From contig NC_134027.1 of NCBI RefSeq assembly GCF_964204645.1, positions 13,548,485 to 13,612,484 of the forward strand: DNA of 64,000 nucleotides, written 5' to 3'. Source of the DNA: Tubulanus polymorphus. Taxonomy: Eukaryota > Animalia > Nemertea. Both the position numbers and the translations under genes were made by a program. The notes under the pieces are model-generated. The model made no database searches. It saw only the letters and a program-made list of their open reading frames with translations, and was not told the origin of the DNA. Positions 48,261 through 62,600 of the stretch are shown piece after piece; position 1 is the stretch's first letter, and every line of letters begins with the position of its first letter.

Positions 48261-49421
48261 GCCAGAACCCCCTTATAGCTATACTACTACTATGTATTTT
48301 ATTGATACACACAATAAATTGCTGTCCGCGTTTAATACAGGTCAGCAGAATTTTAGGGCTTTCACCGTTGAGTAGTAGCCTATCTGTCACGAGGCCTGAT
48401 CATGCACATGTGTAATATTAGAAAAACAATATGACTTCAATTTTTTAGGCGAAACGTTTCTTTACATATATTCCCCGCGTCTACTACTGAAATTAACTTT
48501 CGATGAATTTCTTGAGGGATTTCTCTTGATTGTTAAAACAATATCAAATCATCTCAAAAAGTATGAAATCTAGGCTGAAATACGTAGCCAATTTGGAATT
48601 GGATGAAATGTTCATGTTACATGGTACATACATATTTAACTAATACTTTTAAAGAAGATTTCTTCAAAATAAAAAATACGTCTGATAATATCATTTTTTA
48701 TGCATGTTGCTTGCTAAAAGTCACAGAATTATGTCATCTTATATGTACGCAACTTAGTAAAAGTCACAGATTATTCAAGATGAATATTGGGAAAAACAAC
48801 ACGGAAAATTTGAAATTTTTGAAACGATTAAAGTTTTTCAAAATCAGAATTTGTTGTGTTTTATTTTGTTAAATTTTGCTGTTATCAAATTTGGGGGATA
48901 TTTACCTAGAGGGGATTTTTACCGGGTGTTCGAACTTCGCTGAATCACTGAATCGCTGAACCGCTGAACCGCTGATTATTATATTAATTTCGCTGAATCA
49001 TTGAATTTATTCTTAAATACGCTGAATCTATGTAAATCTTACATATTCTAAAGACAATTGATTATTTGATCGATTTAATGAGAAATTTCGTTACGTATTC
49101 GTAAAAAAATCTAGTTAGACGGACTACGGTAACGGACGTAGTATTTAGCGGACTGCGGTAACGGCCTTCGGCGATGATCACCGGTACTACTTATACCATA
49201 GAATAGAAACTTATTTAGGTACATGTACAACCGTGGCGTTCGAGCGGTGACAACCATTTTCTCTGTGAAGAAAGGGCAATATTTAAGCAAAAGTCGTATC
49301 GCCGATCGGTAGTGTTACATGTGATAAATTCAACAGAGGAATTCCCATTAAAACAACAACTGTTTAAACGAAAATGATCACATATGATTCTGCGTGAGTT
49401 TTAACCTTACAGCTTTGTAGA

Positions 49422-50043
49422 TGTACGGACAATTTATGTACTGTTGGCTATTATTTGTATGTGAGATATCTGACTTTTTCATTGTGAATTTCTATTCATA
49501 TATTTGCCATAAGCTTTGTATTTCAATATATTCTATCTGGTTTTTGTGTGTATTTGAACAGCTTTTAGGCCTTTAGAATTTGTTTCATTCATGGTATTAT
49601 GTAAATTCTGGTCATATGACCATTTCTGCATTTCTGCATTTATTTGTCACTTGAATACTGGTGCTTGTACTGACAAGTTATAACTGGAAATGGCTCATAG
49701 ACCTTTAAGAATTTCGGAGTCTAATATAGAATGTATACATTCTATATAGGGATTTTATTGAGCCAAATATCACGGTATGTTTGTATTTTTATTCTTGTTA
49801 TATTATGTACTTCAAAAGTGGTCTAAAATAGATTGCTGTTATTTAAGTGTAATTTAATTATTAGTTTGATGTGTTATGTAATTATATCATTGTTTACTGA
49901 AAGTTGGTATGATTTCTGTATTTTTCAGTAATCTTATGTCATCGAACAAACGAAACGGATATTAGAATATATACTGATTGATGATATACGAATTTACGTC
50001 TTGGCGTTAAATGATTGAAGTGATCCCTTTTTTGCAAGGAACA
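49422..50043 (+). repeat. 5' LTR
   Basis: tgtacggac...ggaaca. Confidence 0.95.
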
Positions 50044-50063
50044 TCATTACGTGATACGGTACT

Positions 50064-53000
50064 ATGGCGTCGAGCGACAATATTACTACCAAACCCAGAC
50101 GAGATAGAAAGCTGACTGAGAGAGGGTTAGGATTCCAGAAAGATCTGAAGCTGAAAGAAAGAGATCGATTACAGAAGATTCTACAGAAAAGGTCGAGTGT
50201 TTTAAAGAAGGTTTTAGAAGATACTGACGCTGATTTCGGGAAACTGCAAACTGCCTACCAATTATGAGTCAATGATTATGATGCTTATTTGAACGCTAAC
50301 GATGTGTATGTTAGTTTGCTGTCTGAAGAAGAAAAAAGAAATCATGCGTTGGTTACACACGTAGAAGATGATTTCTTCCGAAATACTAAGAGTCAAACAG
50401 AGAAACGACTGTTAGAGCTGTCATCCAAGTTATCATCTGTAAAACGAAGTGATAGGGAATCTCGAAGTTCGAGAAAATCCCGCTCATCTCACAGTTCCAT
50501 ATCAGCAGCCCGGTTGAAAGAAGAACAGAAGAAAGCTGAACTTAATGTGCAACTTCTCATGGTGAAAAAGAAACAGGCACTGGAACTGCGACGACTGCAA
50601 TTGAAGCAGGAAGAAGAAGCTCTTGAATTGCAGACTCAAATTGATGTCACCTATGCTAGAAGTGAGGCTATTAATCTCCTTGAACATGGGTCATGTGATA
50701 TACTCAACACTACCAGGCCTGCGGTGTCTCTGAATCCTTGTGCTGCCGTTTTTAATCCGCATCCTAAAGGTGCTAATGATGCACCACGGCATGATGATGT
50801 AGAATTCAGATTATCAGCTGATCTGGATTCCATCGTAAAGCACATGAAGAAGCCGACCATTGATATAAAGAAGTTCGATGGTAACCCGTTGGAATTTAGG
50901 CGTTTTCTGCGCCAATTCAAGTCCCGTATCGTGGCGAATACTGATACTGATGATGAACGGCTTAATTTTTTGGAGCAGTATACAACGGGAACACCAAACA
51001 AGATTGTTGGGGGTTACAGTTACCTCGACTCTACAAGGGCTTATGAGGCAGCTTTAAAAGATTTAGATGAGAGATATGGTGATCCAGAAATAATAGCGAA
51101 TGCATTCATCAAGAAAGCTGTTAATTGGCCGACGATAAAATCTGACAACTGCAGAAGTTTGGATGATTTCTCAGTGTTTCTTATGGAGGTAGAAAACGCG
51201 GTCAGAGAAGTGAATGCATTGCAATTATTAGAGTATCCTGACAATATACGGAAGCTTGTGAGTAAACTGCCATATAATATGCAAGAAAGATGGAGATCAG
51301 TAGTCCAGTCCACAAAGGCAACTGGAAATCTCGTTTCACTCAACACATTGGTCAGCTTTGTGAAGAAAGAATCTAGAAAAGCCAATGATCCGACCTATGG
51401 AAAAGAAATGATGATGATTCCTGTATCCAGTGGTATCAAGCAACAGAAACCAGCGATGAAGAGACCAGAAACTGTATCAGCCATCACTGTAAATGACAGA
51501 TCTGCATTCTTTAATACCAATACTGATGAAAACCGCAGACAAACACATCTAGCACTGATGAAACCTTGTTTATATTGCAAGAGTGATCATATCTTGGCGG
51601 ACTGCCAGGTGGTGGTGAAGATTCCTTATAAGGAAAGAATCTCCTTTTTGATGAAGAACGGTTTATGTTGGGGATGTCTGAGGAATGGTCACCAAAGAAG
51701 GTTCTGCCGGGTGAAGCTAATCTGTGATAAATGCAGGAAGTTTCATCCTACAGTACTACATGATGATGATTAAAGAAGGGAACCAGCACCATATAACAAA
51801 GATGACCATTCATCAAACACACAAGAGACCAGAGAAATTGAAAGGAAGCTGTGTGGTGTTACTTTAGAAGATGATGGTTTCTGCACTATGTCGATCATAC
51901 CTGTCAAAGTGAATTTGTCCGGTAGAACGAAAGAGGTCATCACTTATGCATTTCTAGACACTGGTAGCAGCGTCAACCTTTGTACCGAATCATTGAGGAA
52001 GAAATTGGCTGGATCTGGGAAAAAAGTTGACTTAAATCTGGATACAGTGACTTCAACTAGAAGATCAAACTCACAGTTACTGAATAACCTTGAAGTGACG
52101 CAGCTGTATGGTGGGGATATTGTAACACTACCAGTGATATACTCTATGGAGAAACTACCAGTAACCAGACACAGAATACCAACTGAGGAAGATATAAGAA
52201 AATGGCCTCATCTGATTGATGTCAAAATTCCTACAGTTGATGCGGATATTGGTCTACTAATTGGAGGAAATATTGCAGATGCGTATACTCCGTTTGAGTT
52301 TAGATCGGGCCCACCTGGGTCTCCACATGCCACAAGAACTAGGCTAGGTTGGATTCCGTGGAATTTGACGCGGCATGAAGGTGATATGGTAAACAAGATT
52401 AGCTCTGCTGTAGATAGGCTGGAAAAGATGGTTCAAGAAAGTATAAACTTAGATTTTCCAGAACGCTGTATAGACGAAAGACAGAACTGGTCAATTGAGG
52501 ATCGAAAGTTTATGAAGATCATGGAAGAAGGAGTAACTATGGAGAAAGGCCATTATCAATTACCTCTTCCATGGCGGAACAAGAATATACAGTTACCGAA
52601 TAATTTTGAGCAGGCAAGCCGGCAACTAGGAAGTCTGAAAAGTAAACTTCTGAAGAATGATAAACTGAGGAAAGATTACAATGTCTTCATGGATAATCTA
52701 ACAGATAAAGATTATGCAATGAAAGTTCCTGATGACCAGTTACACGCCAATCAAGGCAGGACATGGTATATTCCTCATCATGGGGTTTATTATCCGAAAA
52801 AGCCGGAAAAAGTCAGAGTCGTCTTCAATTGTCCTGCAACGTATTTTGGCTATTCGTTGAACGGTTTATTGTTGCAAGGACCCGATCTGACGAATAACTT
52901 GATCGGGGTTCTGATAAGATTTTGTCAGGACAAAGTGGCTTTGATGGCTGACATAGAGGCCATGTTTTACCAAGTAAGGATGAACCCTGATGATATTGAC

Positions 53001-55793
53001 TGTCTGAGATATTTGTGGTGGCCCAATGGTGATGTCACGCAGGAACCAGTAGCGTATAGAATGTTAGTGCACCTGTTTGGTGCAGTATCGTCGCCTAGCT
53101 GCTCTAATTGGGCATTACGCCAAACAGCTGAAGATAATCGGAATTTGTACAACGGAGAAGTTGTGGAAACGATACTCAATAACTTTTATGTTGATGATTG
53201 CCTAAAGTCGAGAAAAGACGATGGCAAGACATTGGATTTTGTCAAGAGTTTGAAGTCATTATGCGCGGAAGGAGGCTTTAACCTTACCAGATTCGTCAGT
53301 AATGATCGTGCAGTATTAGAAGGTTTGCTGGAACATGCTGTTGCAAAATCCTGTCAAAAGGTAGATTTAGATTTGGGCCAGCTACCCACTGAACGAGTCC
53401 TTGGAGTAAACTGGAACGTTGAGGATGACACATTTGGTTATAGGATTGTGGAGAGGAGGTCATCCGATACACGCAGGGGCATCCTGTCTACGATCAGTAC
53501 TGTATATGATCCTCTTGGAATTGCAGTTCCATTCATCCTATCAGCGAAGGTAATGTTACAAGATCTCTGCAGAGATAAGCTCGGTTGGGATGATGTGATA
53601 TCAGAAAAGTATCAGAGATTATGGGCTGAATGGCAAAAGAACCTACCATTGCTAGAAAAGTTGAAAGTATCCAGATGTTTCAAACCAGAAGGGTTTGTTG
53701 GTAAGGAAGTATCCTGTCAGCTACACCATTTTAGAGACGCTAGTGAAATTGGGTATGGCACAGTATCTTACCTGAGGTTGGAAGATGAAAATGGTAACAT
53801 CAACAGTAGTTTGGTTTTCGGTAAAAGTCGTGTCGCACCACTGAAGCAAATCACTATTCCTAGACTGGAACTGACTGCAGCTGCTTTGGCGGTGAAGATG
53901 AATAATATGATTCTGAAAGAACTGGAGTATGATGTAACGGATGTCTGTTTCTGGACTGACAGTACTGCAGTTTTGAGATATATAGCTAATGACACTGCAA
54001 GATACTTTTGTAGCAAATCGGGTGAATCAGATCCGAGAATGTACTCAAGTAGAACAGTGGAGACACATTGAGGGCAAAATGAATCCTGCAGATATAGCCA
54101 GTCGTGGACTATCATTTAAAGATGTTAGTTCTGGAAGAAGTGACCTTTGGTTAAATGGTCCATCGTTCCTCAACAAACCAGAATCTGAATGGCCAGAATT
54201 GATTAATTTGTCACCACATTTCCTGATGATGAAGAAGAGCTGAAAACTGTGGCATCGATTCTTTCCAATGATGAAGATTCAGTTTTGAAGATATACGATT
54301 ATCATTCGAGTTGGTCAAGACTGAACAAATGTATCGCTTGGCTTCTACGAGTCAAAGATTACTTGAGGTCACGTATCGGTCATGGCTCAATGAACCACAC
54401 ATCACAACGAATTACGAAAGAAGAGATGGATCGTGCTGAAATGGCGATAGTGAAGCATCTTCAGAACTCACACTTTCGACGTGAACTAGAAGCATTGAAT
54501 GCAGGAAAATGTGTACCAGGAAACAGTTCCATTTCTAAATTAGATCCCATACTAGATGTTAATGGAATGATACGTGTCGGAGGTCGACTCAGAAGAGCGA
54601 ATTTGGATTATGATGTAAGACATCCTTTATTGATACCAAAAGAAACAAGAATTGGGAAATTGATGATCATTCATAGTCATATCGCTGTTGGACATTTGGG
54701 AAAGAATGCTGTCTTGGTTAACTTGAGAAAACGGTTTTGGGTTCTTGGAGCAACTCAGAAAATTAAAAATGTAACCCGTCCATGCGTTTTGTGTCGGAGG
54801 TACCGTGGTAAAGTTTGCGAACAGAAGATGGCAGATTTACCTAGTGAGAGGTTAACACCAGATCAACCTGCCTTTACAAATACTGGAGTTGACTATTTTG
54901 GCCCTATAGAGGTGAAAAGAGGAAGAGGTACAATCAAAAGGTATGGAGTTGTATTTACATGTTTGAATAGTCGGGCAGTTCATCTCGAGATGTCATATTC
55001 CCTTGATACTGACTCGTGCATTAATGCACTGAGAAGGTTTAAAGCAAGAAGAGGATCAGTGAAGTACATTCGATCGGACAATGGGACCAATTTTGTAGGG
55101 GCCAAACGTGAGCTTCAAGTCTGCATCAAGAAATGGAACACTGATAAAATCCATGAGACGATGCTGCAACAAGATGTAAACTGGGAGATGAATCCGCCTG
55201 CTGCCAGTCATTTTGGAGGTGTGTGGGAGCGGATTATTCGCTCTGTAAGGAAAATTATGTACTCATTGATTAAGGAGCAAGGGCTTCAACTCAACGATGA
55301 AAGTCTGTGTACACTGTTTTGCGAGGTAGAATCTATCCTGAATGGACGTCCGATTTCTACTATAAATAATGATGTCAATGATTTGGAACCATTAACACCA
55401 AATCATCTCTTATTGCTAGAACGTGGATCAACTTTTCCGCCTGGTGTTTTCGATTGGAATGAAGTTTACTCAAAACGACGTTGGAGGCAAGTACAGTACA
55501 TTGCCGACTTATTTTGGAAACGATGGGTTTCCGAATATCTACCGACCCTTCAAGAACGTAGTAAATGGGTAAAAAACCGAAGGAATGTTATGGTAGAAGA
55601 TATAGTGCTAGTAGTGGACAGCTGCGTTCGAAATTCATGGAAATTAGGACGTGTGATTGGTAGATGGGAGGTTAAAAATGGTTATGTACGTTCTGTCACT
55701 GTGAAGACGAATGCGGGTACTATACGTCGATCTGTTGATAAATTGTCTATGATTTTGGAATCAGATATTGAAAAAGAAAAAAAATGTGAATAA
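50064..55793 (+). pseudogene. BEL/Pao gag-pol polyprotein with stops and frameshifts
   Basis: FDGNPLEF, Cys/His knuckles, LDTGS, YIPHHGV, DIEAMF, FYVDD, DAS..GYG, IPRLEL, WTDS, NPAD, GVDYFGP, SDNGTNF, GGVWER, LTPNHLL. Confidence 0.95.
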
Positions 55794-55822
55794 TTGAGTT
55801 CCCTCAATTATGGGGGTGGGTA

Positions 55823-56432
55823 TGTACGGACAATTTATGTACTGTTGGCTATTATTTGTATGTGAGATATCTGACTTTTTCATTGTGAATTTCTATTCAT
55901 ATATTTGCCATAAGCTTAGTATTTCAATATATTCTATCTGGTTTTTGTGTGTATTTGAACAGCTTTTATGCCTTTAGAATTTGTTTCATTCAAGGTATTA
56001 TGTAAATTCTGGTCATATGACCATTTCTGCATTTCTGCATTTATTTGTCACTTGAATACTGGTGCTTGTACTGACAAGTTATAACTGGAAATGGCTCATA
56101 GACCTTTAAGAATTTCGGAGTCTAATATAGAATGTAGGGATTTTTATGGAGCCAAATATCACGGTATGTTTGTATTTTTATTCTTGTTATATTATGTACT
56201 TCAAAAGTGGTCTAAAATAGATTGCTGTTATTTAAGTGTAATTTAATTATTAGTTTGATGTGTTATGTAATTATATCATTGTTTACTGAAAGTTGGTATG
56301 ATTTCTGTATTTTTCAGTAATCTTATGTCATCGAACAAACGAAACGGATATTAGAATATATACTGATTGATGATATACGAATTTACGTCTTGGCGTGAAA
56401 TGATTGAAGTGATCCCTTTTTTGCAAAGAACA
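55823..56432 (+). repeat. 3' LTR
   Basis: Near-identical to the 5' LTR with a ~12-bp indel and a few substitutions. Confidence 0.95.
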
Positions 56433-59400
56433 GTAGGGATTCGCTCTGTGGACCCCCATTCGGCTTATTCACCTGAGAATATTACCACGCATAGATATAA
56501 TAACCCATACGTGTAGTACCAAGGCCGAACCAAATTTCCTAAACCTTCCAGCAAAAAAGACAGAAATACTAAAAAACCTATGAATACAGGTACTTTATTT
56601 TAATAACATAAAATTTTATTAGACGAACCAGCAGAAATAAAATTGTTGAATGCTGGATGTAAGAAAAATAAACTTAAATTTTGGTGCAGGCCCGCGTACG
56701 CAAAGCGTTTTTATCTTGCTCTAAAAGCGTACTATCGTCAAATATGGCACCACTTATATGATTTATTATTCATTATACATTGCTCGTTTTACAACTGCTT
56801 GAAAAATTCAGTAGAATTAAGAAATGATGATTAACATAAAATTCAGCGTTTCAGTAATTCAGCAAAGTTCGAACACCCATTTTTACCGGGGGGGAAATAT
56901 TTACTGGGGGATTTTTCCAGAGATAAACCGTTTTAATGACGAAATTTCAGTCCGAATCTATGATTGCGCTTCTAATTCAAGAACAATCTTAATCAAAAAT
57001 AATGTTGACCTATACTTGAAAAAGCTGCATTGCTTCCAATTGAGTTTTCCATTAACTTATTGCATTAAACAAACGGATTTAGCTCGATGGTTATAGGTTA
57101 GAGTTTTATCGCTCATATATTTCATATCCTCGAAGAGCATATTCAGAATCTTTAGATTTTAACTGCCCTGAAAACTATATAGCGTTTGCATACAGTTTTG
57201 CACTACTGTTTATACGCTGTTTATATTGTCACGTATCACTGCAAATCTGAAGCATATGTCGCTATTTATAACAGGGAATCTGGCAAGCGAACCCAAACTG
57301 AAAAGAAGACGCTTTGTAGAGCGGCATGAAGAGGGGGGGGCAGACTTGAAATAAATGCCATTGAGTAATTTAGAAATATGTTCGAGAATTTAGCTTTTGG
57401 AGAAAGGGTCGCAGGTGCATAAGGCACAAAAAGGGGTCTGTTCTTTGAAGAATGATATGCGTTTAGGTGCATTCTGAGCACTTTCTCAGTTGAAATTAGG
57501 AATGGTATATGCTCACAGTTTCACTATTTCCACCACTTGGTACCTATGCACTTACTCAAGACATGTTTTACGTAAAAAGGATAATAACGATTACAATACA
57601 TTCAAGGAGGCTAAGAATATTTAATGTATGAAATGAAGGTTAAAATCTATCTAAGCCCACGAACTGTTGAAGAATCTCAGAATGAAACGCTATGAAGAAA
57701 TACGACAATAACGGTTTTACACTGGTATCCTTTAACAGCAGGCGATGAAAAAAAATCATGTTCAAGCGTCAGAAAAGTGGATGAGGGCCTGGCACCATGT
57801 CTCTGTATTGTTCTCTGAATCCAAGAACATGTCTATCGCACATTTGAGCCCAAACGTCTATTTTTACTTAGTAACCACTTAAGATTTGCGGTGATACGTG
57901 ACAACATGAACACACTGAGAAACTAGTGGAAAATTCTATACTCACGCTATAAGTTGGGGTACAGTTGTATTTTGAGTGACTCAGTTAAGTTCTGAAGATA
58001 CTCTGACCAATAAAAATCGAGATTGGAGTAAATTAGTTTACAAATTGTCATTGGTTATGCAGTTTTACGATGAATTGAAATTTCCTTCTTTTTATGGCGA
58101 TATTAGTTTAATGAAGAATTCGATTTTAACAAATGCAGCTATTTTCGAGCATGCCTGCATTCATTTTTGATTTGATTTCTTAAATTAAAAGCGTAATCAT
58201 AAATTCAGGCTAACCTCTCATTATTGAAATGGTCGTTTATTTTCAAAGGGGGTCTGGATGTCTTTGCATCATAAGTTAAGATGTGCATTTTGGAGTGTTC
58301 GAACCTCCCATGATTTTATATTAATTTCGCTGAATCGTTGATTCAAAAAATAAAATATGCTGTATCTCTAATGGATTGATGTGGATCTATCAATGCATTC
58401 TAAAGAAATCTTCCGAACTGAGGCCGAATTTAATAGAAATAAGAAATTTCGTATAGTATTCAAGATTTTATTTGGATTACGGTAACGGCCTTTGGTGATC
58501 TTCACCGTGGGGTCATGAATGAAGAAATACCGTAATAAAACTCTTCATATGATAACATGTGTTAAGACGAAGCCGCAACGTTTTGACTGTTGACTAACAG
58601 CCATCATCAGGTAGAATGTAGACATTCCAGTGATTTGAGCTTTAAGTCAGATGGCAGTCACTGAAAATCCGAACGTTGTTGTGGTTTAACTTTGATAATT
58701 AAATGTCATCGTATAAAATTTTATTGCGGAATTTCTTCATTTATCGGATTAGTGTTCTATTCGACTACTTCGGGTCATGTAGTCGTTTAGATAGAAAATT
58801 ATTTACTTGTCGGCACGGAAGGTATATACAACCGTGTCAGTCGCTTTGGGAGAGATTCTCTGTATATCGGCATCTTAAATCAGCACCTTTGTTGGTCCTA
58901 GCCTGCATTCACTTCCAAATTAACGCATTGGTAACGTTATTCCTACTCTGAATGCACTTCTGTCGTAGAATATGGTGCCACTGATATAAAAGTAGTTTTT
59001 ATTTTACGATAATTTGAGAAAATGAGTTATATTGGAAAAATACTGATGAAGTACCTTAAAATCCAGCGATTCATTGGCATTCTATTTCATTGGCATCTTT
59101 AAATAGAGTTTTGAGGTGCTAAGTCTATTACTATTAAGAGGTCGCAATTTTGGTTCGTGGTCAGTGCAGTTTGTTTATTTGTTCATCAATCACTGTCTAG
59201 TTAGCCAGTGTAATTCACCTGTTGACCGGGCTTTTGATAACCTATACAAACAATTCACTGAACAAAGTAGGAAAGCATGAGAAACTGAAATTTCAGCCTT
59301 GCATTCTTTTAGTTAGACCAGAAGAGGTTTTTTTTATCAAGTTGGAATAACTGATTTCAAAATTACGTGAACATCTCAACTGAATTTATTTCAGTATTTC

Positions 59401-59624
59401 AATCAATAATGATAATTGTTAGGCTTATTCTCACTGGCATACGCTCAGTGAGTAATAGGTATTAGATTATAATATAATGCACTATTATTTTAATCTTATA
59501 TTAGAAGTTGTAATATCATTTCAACCAAACTGTATAACTATGAGTAATTAGAAAAGTGGGGTTTCAGATCACAGGGCGATAGGGCGACACACCACTCATC
59601 ACAAGTAATTTTTTTTTCTAATAA

Positions 59625-62600
59625 ATGGGAGAGAGTGAACAACATACAGAGAAAATTGATGTTAATGAAAATCAATGTTATTGTACATACTGTAAAAAAT
59701 ACATAGATAAATCTCATAAAGCACGACATGAAAAAACTGCAAATCATATAAAAAATGTTATAGATTTTGAAACTCCAGATAATTCCAATGAAAGAAAAGA
59801 ACGATTTGAAAATATGAATGTGGATGAAATAAAATGTGAAGTTTGTAATGAATTTATAGCAAAAAGGAATTATAAAAGACATCTCGAATCACAAAAACAC
59901 AAACAAAATTTAAGTAATAATGTTTTAGGAACAGATTATTTTGATGATAAACCTCAACAAGTAAAAAAACAGTTTCAAAAACTAAATCTATTTCAAACAA
60001 CCTTTATATGGAAAATGTTAGAGATTATATTGATTCACTAGAAATAAAAGATACAATTGAAATTTTAGAAACATTACGCAGTAAAATTGGTCCTGCAGCT
60101 ATTATATTTAGATTTTTTTAAAGGAGCAACAATAGAAGATTATAGTAAATTTATTGAAATCATGGAAAAAATACTAGATTTTGTAACAGATGTTGAATAT
60201 CCAAAAATTAGTATTTCTGGAAAAGTTAGTTTTATAAAATCAGAAGTAAAAATGGATTATAATATTCAAACATATTCTGAAGAAATAATTTCAAAAACAA
60301 AAAGAAAAGAAAAATTAGAAAAAATATTTAATGAATTTAAACGTCATATTGAAGAAAGATGTTTTGAGGGTTCTGGTTTAACATATAATGAAATTATATT
60401 TTTAGATTTAAATATTTATAATACAAAAAGGAATAAAGCATCAAAAAGTAATACAATGTTTACAAATAATTCAAACTTTACAACAGAAAAGGATATTAAA
60501 GCATCAAGTTATATCAAATTATCATTTACAACAAAAGCAGTAATAAATGTTCAAAATGAAGATAATAAATGTTTTCTATGGTCAATTATAAGTTGCTTAC
60601 ACCCAACTCAGGAAAATGTTTGTAGAATAACAGATTACCGGAAATATGAAACATTATATAAAATTGATCAATATCCAGTAACTATAAAGATGATTCCTAA
60701 AATAGAAAAAGTTAATAATTTAAAAATAAATGTATTCGAATTAATGCAATTAACAGAGACAAAAGGTGAAAATATCAAAGATTATACATTGGAAGCTTTA
60801 TATTTAACAGAATATTATGATGATGAAAATGTTATAGATTTGTTATATTACAAAAAAGATGAAAATGAACATTATATGTGGTTAAAAAAAATAGATTTAT
60901 TCTTTTGAACAACAGAAAGTGATCACCATCGTAAAATTTATCTATGTAGAAAATGTTTATCTAAATTTATGACTGAGAATGCGTTACTAAAACATAAAGA
61001 ATTATGTGATAATAAAGATTTTTGTAAATAAATAATGCCAACAAAAAAAGATTGTAAGTTGAAATTTAATAATCATAAATTTAAAAATATTGTTCCATTT
61101 GTAATTTATGGGGATTTTGAATCGTTGAATAAAGAATTAACTGATCAAGATAGAAAAGAAATATATAACAAAAAGCAATTATTAAAATCAATGGACAAAG
61201 GAAATGAATTAAATGAAGACATAATTCAAGACCCACCAATCATAAATACAATTTAAAAAGTTCATCAAAGAGCTGCTGCTTATGGAATTTATATGAAATC
61301 AAATTACCCTGAATTACATCAAAGTCAATATATTTCTTTTATAGGTGAAGATGTAGAAAATGAATTTTGTAATAAAATAATTGAATTAGAAAGTGATTTT
61401 GCACAATTATTAAAGAAAAATAAAAGAATAGTTATGACAAAAGAATATGAAATTGATTTTAATTATGCAACTCATTGTTGTTACTGTGAAAAACGTTTTT
61501 ATTCATTTGATAAAAAAGTTAGGGATCATGATCATTTAAATTCAAAATATCGTAGAGCTGCTCATGAAGACTGTAATTTACAAAGTAAAAAAAAAGTAAA
61601 TTTCGTACCAATATTATTTCATAATTTATCAGGCTATGATACCCATCTATTTATAAAACAATTATCAGGAAAATTAGGTGCAATTAATCAAGAAATAGAA
61701 GAATATAATGCTATGAGTGGTAGAAATGTAAGAAAATATGATTTTCAACTATTAGCTAAGACATCTGAAAATTATATTTCATTTCAATTTGGTTGCATTA
61801 GATTTTTAGATTCTTATAGATTTCTAGCAAGTTCATTAGATAATTTAGCAAAAAGTTTAGTTGATAATGATTTTGTAATAACTCGACATTATTATCCAAA
61901 TGAACAAGATATTAAATTATTGAGATTCAAAGATGCGATTCCTTATTCACATGATGATTTTTATGTGACAGAATTATTAAAAGAACAATTTTATGATCAA
62001 TTAAAAGAGGAGTATGTGAAAGATGAAGTTTTTAATAGAACATTAAATATTTGGAATCACTTTAAGATAGAAAATCATGGAGAATTAGTAGATTTATACT
62101 TAAAATCAGATGTTATGATATTGGCTGATATATTTGAACAATTTAGAGAAGTTAATTTAAATCATTTTAATGTTGATCCTTGTTATTGCTACTCTAGTCT
62201 TGGTTTAACCTGGCAATGTGGTTTAAAATATACAAATGTAGAATTAGATTTATTAAAAGAACCAGACATGGTTTTATTATTTGAAAAATCAATTAGAGGT
62301 GGAATTAGTGGTGTTATGGGAGATAGACATTTTAAAGCAAATGATGAATATAAATTATTGTATATTGATGCAAATAATCTATATGGTTGGGCAATGATGC
62401 AACCTCAACCATACAAAAATTCTATATTAACAGAAGTTGAAAATGATGATAAAACTGATTGGGAATGTGCAATTATGGGTTTAAAAGATGAAGCACCAAT
62501 TGGTTATTTCTTTGTAGTTGATTTAGACTATCCTGATAACATAAAGTTTAAAACAAGAAACTTACCATATTGCCCAGAACATTTAGCCGTAGATGATAGT

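Larger units (their letters stand above)
49422..56432 (+). mobile_element. Full-length BEL/Pao LTR retrotransposon, degraded
   Basis: Two TG...CA LTRs, PPT gggggtggg before the 3' LTR, flanks gtaga/gtagg, gag-PR-RT-RH-IN order. Confidence 0.96.
48924..56878. mobile_element. Non-autonomous Mutator-like DNA transposon (~940 bp) split by the BEL/Pao element
   Basis: TIR gggtgttcgaactt(c/t)gctgaa; 9-bp TSD atttttacc at 48915-48923 and 56879-56887; related fragment near 58293. Confidence 0.88.

Noticed and set aside
48013-48415. Overlapping Cys/Lys-rich ORFs
   Set aside because: Products of the tttgcc tandem repeat
56900-59540. Host exons or short ORFs
   Set aside because: No recognisable domain or convincing exon structure
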